64,000 nucleotides of DNA from Auanema rhodensis (taxonomy: Eukaryota; Animalia; Nematoda), in NCBI GenBank assembly GCA_964057225.1, contig OZ059900.1, positions 2,790,001 to 2,854,000 of the forward strand, given 5' to 3'. Shown piece after piece: positions 14,137 to 26,200 of this stretch (position 1 is its first letter; every line of letters starts with the position of its first letter). Made by a program: the position numbers and the translations under genes. The notes beneath the pieces are model-generated. The model was not told the origin of the DNA. It ran no database searches and saw nothing but the letters and a program-made list of their open reading frames with translations.

Positions 14137-17100
14137 AACACCATATACTCACCGATTTTTGGTACAAAATCTGTAATACTTGTAAATTTTGATCATATTT
14201 GTTAAGATTCGAGAATCAAACACATAATACACGAAATAAGTCTATTTTTATGAGTTTGCACTGATATATATTCATTTTGATCAAAAAAGGTCGAAAATAG
14301 AAAGAATTTTTGAAATTTCCGAGTTTTGAGTCTAATTTGGCTAAATCGCTCATATATATGATCAAAAGCATAGTTTTACTGTCTATGATAACAAAAGTCT
14401 TCAAATATACACTAATAATGTGTAAATCACTGAATTTCACTCAAATAGCTTTACTACACTAAGTATGGTCGTTTTTATGCCTTTAACACCATATACTCAC
14501 CGATTTTTGGTACAAAATCTGTAATACTCGTAAATTTTGATCATATTCGTTAAGATTTGAAAATCAAACACACAATAAACAAAATCAGTCTATTTTTATG
14601 AGTTTGCACTGATATATATTCATTTTGATCAAAAAAGGTCGAAAATAGAAAGAATTTTTGAATTTTCCGAGTTTTGAGTCCAATTGGGCTAAATCGCTCA
14701 TATATATGATCAAAAGCATAGTTTTACTGTCTATGATAACAAAAGTCTTCAAATATACACTAATAATGATTAAATCACTGAATTTCACTCAAATAGCATT
14801 ACTACACTAAGTATGGTCGTTTTTATGCCTTTAACACCATATACTCACCGATTTTTGGTACAAAATCTGTAATACTCGTAAATTTTGATCATATTCGTTA
14901 AGATTTGAGAATCAAACATACAATACACAAAATCAGTCTATTTTTATGAGCTTGCACTGATATATATTCATTTTGATCAAAAAAGGTCGAAAATAGAAAG
15001 AATTTTTGAAATTTACGAGTTTTGAGTCTAATTTGGCTAAATCGCTCATATATATGATCAGAAGCATAGTTTTATTGTCTATGACAACAAAAGTCATTAA
15101 TTAAACACTAATGATGTTTAAATCACTAAATTTCGCTCAAATAGCATTACTACACTAAGTATGGTCGTTTTTATGCCTTTAACACCATATACTCACCGAT
15201 TTTTGGTACAAAATCTGTAATACTTGTAAATTTTGATCATATTCGTTAAGATTCGAGAATCAAACACATAATACACGAAATAAGTCTATTTTTATGAGTT
15301 TGCACTGATATTTATTCATTTTGATCAAAAAAGGTCGAAAATAGAAAGAATTTTTGAATTTTCCGAGTTTTGAGTCCAATTGGGCTAAATCGCTCATATA
15401 TATGATCAAAAGCATAGTTTTACTGTCTATGATAACAAAAGTCTTCAAATATACACTAATAATGTGTAAATCACTGAATTTCACTCAAATAGCTTTACTA
15501 CACTAAGTATGGTCGTTTTTATGCCTTTAACACCATATACTCACCGATTTTTGGTACAAAATCTGTAATACTCGTAAATTTTGATCATATTCGTTAAGAT
15601 TTGAGAATCAAACATACAATACACAAAATCAGTCTATTTTTATGAGCTTGCACTGATATATATTCATTTTGATCAAAAAAGGTCGAAAATAGAAAGAATT
15701 TTTGAAATTTCCGAGTTTTGAGTCTAATTTGGCTAAATCGCTCATATATATGATCAGAAGCATAGTTTTATTGTCTATGACAACAAAAATCATCAATTAA
15801 ACGCTAGTGATGTTTAAATACTAATTTTCGCTCAAATAGCATTACTACACTAAGTATGGTCGTTTTTATGCCTTTAACACCATATACTCACCGATTTTTG
15901 GTACAAAATCTGTAATACTTGTAACTTTTGATCATATTCGTTAAGATTCGAGAATCAAACACATAATACACGAAATAAGTCTATTTTTACAAGTTTGCAC
16001 TGATATTTATTCATTTTGATCAAAAAAGATCGAAAATAGAAAGAATTTTTGAAATTTCCGAGTTTTGAGTCCAATTTGGCTAAATCGCTCATATATATGA
16101 TCAAAAGCATAGTTTTATTGTCTATAACAACAAAAGTCATCAATTAAACGCTAGTGATGTTTTAATACTGAATTTCGCTCAAATAGCATTACTACACTAA
16201 GTATGGTCGTTTTTATGCCTTTAACACCATATACTCACCGATTTTTGGTACAAAATCTGTGATACTCGTAAATTTTGATCATATTCGGTGAGATTCGAGA
16301 ATCAAACACACAATACACGAAATAAGTTTATTTTGACGAGTTTGCACTGATATTTATTCATTTTGATCAAAAAAGGTCGAAAATAGAAAGATTTTTTGAA
16401 ATTTCCGAGTTTTGAGTCTAATTTGGCTAAATCGCTCATATATATGATCAGAAGCATAGATGTATTGTCTATGACAACAAAAGTCATTAATTGAACACTA
16501 ATGATGTTTAAATCACTGAATTTCGCTCAAATAGCATTACTACACTAAGGATGGTCGTTTTTATGCCTTTAACACCATATACTCACCGATTTTTGGTACA
16601 AAATCTGTAATACTTGTAAATTTTGATCATATTCGTTAAGATTCGAGAATCAAACACATAATACACGAAATAAGTCTATTTTTATGAGCTTGCACTGATA
16701 TATATTCATTTTGATCAAAAAAGGTCGAAAATAGAAAGAATTTTTGAAATTTCCGAGTTTTGAGTCTAATTTGGCTAAATCGCTCATATATATGATCAAA
16801 AGCATAGTTTTACTGTCTATGATAACAAAAGTCTTCAAATATACACTAATAATGTGTAAATCACTGAATTTCACTCAAATAGCTTTACTACACTAAGTAT
16901 GGTCGTTTTTATGCCTTTAACACCATATACTCACCGATTTTTGGTACAAAATCTGTAATACTCGTAAATTTTGATCATATTCGTTAAGATTTGAAAATCA
17001 AACACACAATAAACAAAATCAGTCTATTTTTATGAGTTTGCACTAATATATATTCATTTTGATCAAAAAAGGTCGAAAATAGAAAGAATTTTTGAATTTT

Positions 17101-18859
17101 CCGAGTTTTGAGTCCAATTGGGCTAAATCGCTCATATATATGATCAAAAGCATAGTTTTACTGTCTATGATAACAAAAGTCTTCAAATATACACTAATAA
17201 TGATTAAATCACTGAATTTCACTCAAATAGCATTACTACACTAAGTATGGTCGTTTTTATGCCTTTAACACCATATACTCACCGATTTTTGGTACAAAAT
17301 CTGTAATACTCGTAAATTTTGATCATATTCGTTAAGATTTGAGAATCAAACATACAATACACAAAATCAGTCTATTTTTATGAGCTTGCACTGATATATA
17401 TTCATTTTGATCAAAAAAGGTCGAAAATAGAAAGAATTTTTGAAATTTACGAGTTTTGAGTCTAATTTGGCTAAATCGCTCATATATATGATCAGAAGCA
17501 TAGTTTTATTGTCTATGACAACAAAAGTCATTAATTAAACACTAATGATGTTTAAATCACTAAATTTCGCTCAAATAGCATTACTACACTAAGTATGGTC
17601 GTTTTTATGCCTTTAACACCATATACTCACCGATTTTTGGTACAAAATCTGTAATACTTGTAAATTTTGATCATATTCGTTAAGATTCGAGAATCAAACA
17701 CATAATACACGAAATAAGTCTATTTTTATGAGTTTGCACTGATATTTATTCATTTTGATCAAAAAAGGTCGAAAATAGAAAGAATTTTTGAATTTTCCGA
17801 GTTTTGAGTCCAATTGGGCTAAATCGCTCATATATATGATCAAAAGCATAGTTTTACTGTCTATGATAACAAAAGTCTTCAAATATACACTAATAATGTG
17901 TAAATCACTGAATTTCACTCAAATAGCTTTACTACACTAAGTATGGTCGTTTTTATGCCTTTAACACCATATACTCACCGATTTTTGGTACAAAATCTGT
18001 AATACTCGTAAATTTTGATCATATTCGTTAAGATTTGAGAATCAAACATACAATACACAAAATCAGTCTATTTTTATGAGCTTGCACTGATATATATTCA
18101 TTTTGATCAAAAAAGGTCGAAAATAGAAAGAATTTTTGAAATTTCCGAGTTTTGAGTCTAATTTGGCTAAATCGCTCATATATATGATCAGAAGCATAGT
18201 TTTATTGTCTATGACAACAAAAATCATCAATTAAACGCTAGTGATGTTTAAATACTAATTTTCGCTCAAATAGCATTACTACACTAAGTATGGTCGTTTT
18301 TATGCCTTTAACACCATATACTCACCGATTTTTGGTACAAAATCTGTAATACTTGTAACTTTTGATCATATTCGTTAAGATTCGAGAATCAAACACATAA
18401 TACACGAAATAAGTCTATTTTTACAAGTTTGCACTGATATTTATTCATTTTGATCAAAAAAGATCGAAAATAGAAAGAATTTTTGAAATTTCCGAGTTTT
18501 GAGTCCAATTTGGCTAAATCGCTCATATATATGATCAAAAGCATAGTTTTATTGTCTATAACAACAAAAGTCATCAATTAAACGCTAGTGATGTTTTAAT
18601 ACTGAATTTCGCTCAAATAGCATTACTACACTAAGTATGGTCGTTTTTATGCCTTTAACACCATATACTCACCGATTTTTGGTACAAAATCTGTGATACT
18701 CGTAAATTTTGATCATATTCGGTGAGATTCGAGAATCAAACACACAATACACGAAATAAGTTTATTTTGACGAGTTTGCACTGATATTTATTCATTTTGA
18801 TCAAAAAAGGTCGAAAATAGAAAGATTTTTTGAAATTTCCGAGTTTTGAGTCTAATTTG
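14137..18859 (+). repeat. 7-mer HOR (2434 bp), nearly two copies, the second truncated at the inversion junction
   Basis: ORF pairs 14216/16650, 15260/17694 and 15955/18389 are spaced 2434. Shared variants gtaaCtttt, aaaaagAtcg, actAatttt and ttttGacgag. Confidence 0.92.
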
Positions 18860-18861
18860 TG

Positions 18862-20944
18862 AAAATCGGTGAGTATATGGTGTTAAAGGCATAAAAACGA
18901 CCATACTTAGTGTAGTAATGCTATTTGAGCGAAATTTAGTGATTTAAACATCATTAGTGTTTAATTAATGACTTTTGTTGTCATAGACAATAAAACTATG
19001 CTTCTGATCATATATATGAGCGATTTAGCCAAATTAGACTCAAAACTCGTAAATTTCAAAAATTCTTTCTATTTTCGACCTTTTTTGATCAAAATGAATA
19101 TATATCAGTGCAAGCTCATAAAAATAGACTGATTTTGTGTATTGTATGTTTGATTCTCAAATCTTAACGAATATGATCAAAATTTACGAGTATTACAGAT
19201 TTTGTACCAAAAATCGGTGAGTATATGGTGTTAAAGGCATAAAAACGACCATACTTAGTGAAGTAATGCTATTTGAGTGAAATTCAGTGATTTAATCATT
19301 ATTAGTGTATATTTGAAGACTTTTGTTATCATAGACAGTAAAACTATGCTTTTGATCATATATATGAGCGATTTAGCCCAATTGGACTCAAAACTCGGAA
19401 AATTCAAAAATTCTTTCTATTTTCGACCTTTTTTGATCAAAATGAATAAATATCAGTGCAAACTCATAAAAATAGACTTATTTCGTGTATTATGTGTTTG
19501 GTTCTCGAATCTTAACAAATATGATCAAAATTTACGAGTATTACAGATTTTGTACCAAAAATCGGTGAGTATATGGTGTTAAAGGCATAAAAACGACCAT
19601 CCTTAGTGTAGTAATGCTATTTGAGCGAAATTCAGTGATTTGAACATCATTAGTGTTCAATTAATGACTTTTGTTGTCATAGACAATACATCTATGCTTC
19701 TGATCATATATATGAGCGATTTAGCCAAATTAGACTCAAAACTCGGAAATTTCAAAAAATCTTTCTATTTTCGACCTTTTTTGATCAAAATGAATAAATA
19801 TCAGTGCAAACTCGTCAAAATAAACTTATTTCGTGTATTGTGTGTTTGATTCTCGAATCTCACCGAATATGATCAAAATTTACGAGTATCACAGATTTTG
19901 TACCAAAAATCGGTGAGTATATGGTGTTAAAGGCATAAAAACGACCATACTTAGTGTAGTAATGCTATTTGAGCGAAATTCAGTATTAAAACATCACTAG
20001 CGTTTAATTGATGACTTTTGTTGTTATAGACAATAAAACTATGCTTTTGATCATATATATGAGCGATTTAGCCAAATTGGACTCAAAACTCGGAAATTTC
20101 AAAAATTCTTTCTATTTTCGATCTTTTTTGATCAAAATGAATAAATATCAGTGCAAACTTGTAAAAATAGACTTATTTCGTGTATTATGTGTTTGATTCT
20201 CGAATCTTAACGAATATGATCAAAAGTTACAAGTATTACAGATTTTGTACCAAAAATCGGTGAGTATATGGTGTTAAAGGCATAAAAACGACCATACTTA
20301 GTGTAGTAATGCTATTTGAGCGAAAATTAGTATTTAAACATCACTAGCGTTTAATTGATGATTTTTGTTGTCATAGACAATAAAACTATGCTTCTGATCA
20401 TATATATGAGCGATTTAGCCAAATTAGACTCAAAACTCGGAAATTTCAAAAATTCTTTCTATTTTCGACCTTTTTTGATCAAAATGAATATATATCAGTG
20501 CAAGCTCATAAAAATAGACTGATTTTGTGTATTGTATGTTTGATTCTCAAATCTTAACGAATATGATCAAAATTTACGAGTATTACAGATTTTGTACCAA
20601 AAATCGGTGAGTATATGGTGTTAAAGGCATAAAAACGACCATACTTAGTGTAGTAAAGCTATTTGAGTGAAATTCAGTGATTTACACATTATTAGTGTAT
20701 ATTTGAAGACTTTTGTTATCATAGACAGTAAAACTATGCTTTTGATCATATATATGAGCGATTTAGCCCAATTGGACTCAAAACTCGGAAAATTCAAAAA
20801 TTCTTTCTATTTTCGACCTTTTTTGATCAAAATGAATAAATATCAGTGCAAACTCATAAAAATAGACTTATTTCGTGTATTATGTGTTTGATTCTCGAAT
20901 CTTAACGAATATGATCAAAATTTACAAGTATTACAGATTTTGTA
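18862..20944 (-). repeat. Inverted satellite segment, six monomers less 3 bp (2083 bp)
   Basis: Reverse-complement anchor aaaatcggtgagtatatggtgtt recurs with its T at 18866, 19214, 19562, 19910, 20257 and 20604 (spacings 348, 348, 348, 347, 347). The repeated ORF switches to the + strand only here (19277-20891). Confidence 0.98.
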
Positions 20945-23230
20945 AAAAAGGTCGAAAATAGAAAGAATTTTTGAAATTTCCGAGTTTTGAGTCTAATTTG
21001 GCTAAATCGCTCATATATATGATCAGAAGCATAGTTTTATTGTCTATGACAACAAAAATCATCATTTAAACGCTAGTGATGTTTAAATACTGATTTTCGC
21101 TCAAATAGCATTACTACACTAAGTATGGTCGTTTTTATGCCTTTAACACCATATACTCACCGATTTTTGGTACAAAATCTGTAATACTTGTAAATTTTGA
21201 TCATATTCGTTAAGATTCGAGAATCAAACACATAATACACGAAATAAGTCTATTTTTACAAGTTTGCACTGATATTTATTCATTTTGATCAAAAAAGATC
21301 GAAAATAGAAAGAATTTTTGAAATTTCCGAGTTTTGAGTCCAATTTGGCTAAATCGCTCATATATATGATCAAAAGCATAGTTTTATTGTCTATAACAAC
21401 AAAAGTCATCAATTAAACGCTAGTGATGTTTTAATACTGAATTTCGCTCAAATAGCATTACTACACTAAGTATGGTCGTTTTTATGCCTTTAACACCATA
21501 TACTCACCGATTTTTGGTACAAAATCTGTGATACTCGTAAATTTTGATCATATTCGGTGAGATTCGAGAATCAAACACACAATACACGAAATAAGTTTAT
21601 TTTGACGAGTTTGCACTGATATTTATTCATTTTGATCAAAAAAGGTCGAAAATAGAAAGATTTTTTGAAATTTCCGAGTTTTGAGTCTAATTTGGCTAAA
21701 TCGCTCATATATATGATCAGAAGCATAGATGTATTGTCTATGACAACAAAAGTCATTAATTGAACACTAATGATGTTTAAATCACTGAATTTCGCTCAAA
21801 TAGCATTACTACACTAAGGATGGTCGTTTTTATGCCTTTAACACCATATACTCACCGATTTTTGGTACAAAATCTGTAATACTTGTAAATTTTGATCATA
21901 TTTGTTAAGATTCGAGAATCAAACACATAATACACGAAATAAGTCTAGTTTTATGAGTTTGCACTGATATTTATTCATTTTGATCAAAAAAGGTCGAAAA
22001 TAGAAAGAATTTTTGAAATTTCCGAGTTTTGAGTCCAATTTGGCTAAATCGCTCATATATATGATCAAAACCATTGTTTTACTGTCTATGATAACAAAAG
22101 TCTTCAAATATACACTAGTAATGATTAAATCACTGAATTTCACTCAAATAGCATTACTACACTAAGTATGGTCGTTTTTATGCCTTTAACACCATATACT
22201 CACCGATTTTTGGTACAAAATCTGTAATACTCGTAAATTTTGATCATATTCGTTAAGATTTGAGAATCAAACATACAATACACAAAATCAGTCTATTTTT
22301 ATGAGCTTGCACTGATATATATTCATTTTGATCAAAAAAGGTCGAAAATAGAAAGAATTTTTGAAATTTCCGAGTTTTGAGTCTAATTTGGCTAAATCGC
22401 TCATATATATGATCAGAAGCATAGTTTTATTGTCTATGACAACAAAAATCATCATTTAAACGCTAGTGATGTTTAAATACTGATTTTCGCTCAAATAGCA
22501 TTACTACACTAAGTATGGTCGTTTTTATGCCTTTAACACCATATACTCACCGATTTTTGGTACAAAATCTGTAATACTTGTAAATTTTGATCATATTCGT
22601 TAAGATTCGAGAATCAAACACATAATACACGAAATAAGTCTATTTTTACAAGTTTGCACTGATATTTATTCATTTTGATCAAAAAAGATCGAAAATAGAA
22701 AGAATTTTTGAAATTTCCGAGTTTTGAGTCCAATTTGGCTAAATCGCTCATATATATGATCAAAAGCATAGTTTTATTGTCTATAACAACAAAAGTCATG
22801 AATTAAACGCTAGTGATGTTTTAATACTGAATTTCGCTCAAATAGCATTACTACACTAAGTATGGTCGTTTTTATGCCTTTAACACCATATACTCACCGA
22901 TTTTTGGTACAAAATCTGTGATACTCGTAAATTTTGATCATATTCGGTGAGATTCGAGAATCAAACACACAATACACGAAATAAGTTTATTTTGACGAGT
23001 TTGCACTGATATTTATTCATTTTGATCAAAAAAGGTCGAAAATAGAAAGATTTTTTGAAATTTCCGAGTTTTGAGTCTAATTTGGCTAAATCGCTCATAT
23101 ATATGATCAGAAGCATAGATGTATTGTCTATGACAACAAAAGTCATTAATTGAACACTAATGATGTTTAAATCACTGAATTTCGCTCAAATAGCATTACT
23201 ACACTAAGGATGGTCGTTTTTATGCCTTTA
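20944..23230 (+). repeat. 4-mer HOR (1390 bp), about 1.6 copies
   Basis: atcaTttaaa at 21061/22451. ORF pairs 21224/22614 and 21571/22961. Confidence 0.85.
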
Positions 23231-26200
23231 ACACCATATACTCACCGATTTTTGGTACAAAATCTGTAATACTTGTAAATTTTGATCATATTCGTTAAGA
23301 TTCGAGAATCAAACACATAATACACGAAATAAGTCTAGTTTTATGAGTTTGCACTGATATTTATTCATTTTGATCAAAAAAGGTCGAAAATAGAAAGAAT
23401 TTTTGAATTTTCCGAGTTTTGACTCCAATTGGGCTAAATCGCTCATCTATATGATCAAAAGCATAGTTTTACTGTCTATGATAACAAAAGTCTTCAAATA
23501 TACACTAATAATGTGTAAATCACTGAATTTCACTCAAATAGCATTACTACACTAAGTATGGTCGTTTTTATGCCTTTAACACCATATACTCACCGATTTT
23601 TGGTACAAAATCTGTAATACTTGTAAATTTTGATCATATTCGTTAAGATTCGAGAATCAAACACATAATACACGAAATAAGTCTATTTTTATGAGTTTGC
23701 ACTGATATTTATTCATTTTGATCAAAAAAGGTCGAAAATAGAAAGAATTTTTGAAATTTCCGAGTTTTGAGTCCAATTTGGCTAAATCGCTCATTTATAT
23801 GATCAAAAGCATAGTTTTATTGTCTATGACAACAAAAGTCATCAATTAAACGCTAGTGATGTTTAAATACTGATTTTCGCTCAAATAGCATTACTACACT
23901 AAGTATGGTCGTTTTTATGCCTTTAACACCATATACTCACCGATTTTTGGTACAAAATCTGTAATACTTGTAAATTTTGATCATATTCGTTAAGATTCGA
24001 GAATCAAACACATAATACACGAAATAAGTCTAGTTTTATGAGTTTGCACTGATATTTATTCATTTTGATCAAAAAAGGTCGAAAATAGAAAGAATTTTTG
24101 AAATTTCCGAGTTTTGAGTCCAATTTGGCTAAATCGCTCATATATATGATCAAAACCATTGTTTTACTGTCTATGATAACAAAAGTCTTCAAATATACAC
24201 TAGTAATGATTAAATCACTGAATTTCACTCAAATAGCATTACTACACTTAGTATGGTCGTTTTTATGCCTTTAACACCATATACTCACCGATTTTTGGTA
24301 CAAAATCTGTAATACTTGTAAATTTCGATCATATTCGTTAAGATTTGAAAATCAAACACATAATACACGAAATAAGTCTATTTTTACAAGTTTGCACTGA
24401 TATTTATTCATTTTGATCAAAAAAGGTCGAAAATAGAAAGAATTTTTGAAATTTCCGAGTTTTGAGTCCAATTTGGCTAAATCGCTCATTTATATGATCA
24501 AAAGCATAGTTTTATTGTCTATGACAACAAAAGTCATCAATTAAACGCTAGTGATGTTTAAATACTGAATTTCGCTCAAATAGCATTACTACACTAAGTA
24601 TGGTCGTTTTTATGCCTTTAACACCATATACTCACCGATTTTTGGTACAAAATCTGTAATACTCGTAAATTTTGATCATATTCGTTCAGATTTGAGAATC
24701 AAACAAACAATACACGAAATAAGTCTAGTTGTATGAGTTTGCACTGATATTTATTCATTTTGATCAAAAAAGGTCGAAAATAGAAAGAATTTTTGAATTT
24801 TCCGAGTTTTGAGTCCAATTGGGCTAAATCGCTCATATATATGATCAAAACCATTGTTTTACTGTCTATGATAACAAAAGTCTTCAAATATACACTAATA
24901 ATGTGTAAATCACTGAATTTCACTCAAATAGCATTACTACACTAAGTATGGTCGTTTTTATGCCTTTAACACCATATACTCACCGATTTTTGGTACAAAA
25001 TCTGTAATACTTGTAAATTTTGATCATATTCGTTAAGATTCGAGAATCAAACACATAATACACGAAATAAGTCTATTTTTATGAGTTTGCACTGATATTT
25101 ATTCATTTTGATCAAAAAAGGTCGAAAATAGAAAGAATTTTTGAATTTTCCGAGTTTTGACTCCAATTGGGCTAAATCGCTCATCTATATGATCAAAAGC
25201 ATAGTTTTACTGTCTATGATAACAAAAATCTTCAAATATACACTAATAATGTGTAAATCACTGAATTTCACTCAAATAGCATTACTACACTAAGTATGGT
25301 CGTTTTTATGCCTTTAACACCATATACTCACCGATTTTTGGTACAAAATCTGTAATACTTGTAAATTTTGATCATATTCGTTAAGATTCGAGAATCAAAC
25401 ACATAATACACGAAATAAGTCTATTTTTATGAGTTTGCACTGATATTTATTCATTTTGATCAAAAAAGGTCGAAAATAGAAAGAATTTTTGAAATTTACG
25501 AGTTTTGAGTCTAATTTGGCTAAATCGCTCATATATATGATCAGAAGCATAGTTTTATTGTCTATGACAACAAAAGTCATTAATTAAACACTAATGATGT
25601 TTAAATACTGATTTTCGCTCAAATAGCATTACTACACTAAGTATGGTCGTTTTTATACCTTCAACACCATATACTCACCGATTTTTGGTACAAAATCTGT
25701 GATACTCGTAAATTTTGATCATATTCGTTAAGATTCGAGAATCAAACACACAATACACGAAATGAGTTTATTTTCACGAGTTTGCACTGATATTTATTCA
25801 TTTTGATCAAAAAAGGTCGAAAATAGAAAGAATTTTTGAAATTTCCGAGTTTTGAGTCCAATTGGGCTAAATCGCTCATATATATGATCAAAAGCATAGT
25901 TTTACTGTCTATGATAACAAAAGTCTTCAAATATACACTAGTAATGATTAAATCACTGAATTGCACTCAAATAGTATTACTACACTAAGTATGGTCGTTT
26001 TTATGCCTTTAACACCATATACTCACCGATTTTTGGTACAAAATCTGTAATACTTGTAAATTTCGATCATATTCGTTAAGATTTGAGAATCAAACACATA
26101 ATACACGAAATAAGTCTATTTTTACAAGTTTGCACTGATATTTATTCATTTTGATCAAAAAAGGTCGAAAATAGAAAGAATTTTTGAAATTTCCGAGTTT

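Larger units (their letters stand above)
1..18859 (+). repeat. Tandem satellite array, 347/348-bp monomer, main orientation (left block, ~54 monomers; continues beyond window start)
   Basis: Anchor aacaccatatactcaccgatttttggtacaaaatc recurs at 231, 578, 926, 1273, 1621 and onward (period 347-348). Monomer 231-577 has 103 G+C in 347 bp. Confidence 0.99.

Noticed and set aside
18860-20944. Simple two-break in-place inversion
   Set aside because: The ends of the inverted segment do not match the monomer phase of either flank, so re-inverting it would not restore the array.
18803-21000. Transposon insertion with a 57-bp target-site duplication
   Set aside because: The insert is pure satellite with no terminal repeats or coding sequence. 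The two 57-bp copies differ at a lineage-diagnostic base and belong to different monomers.
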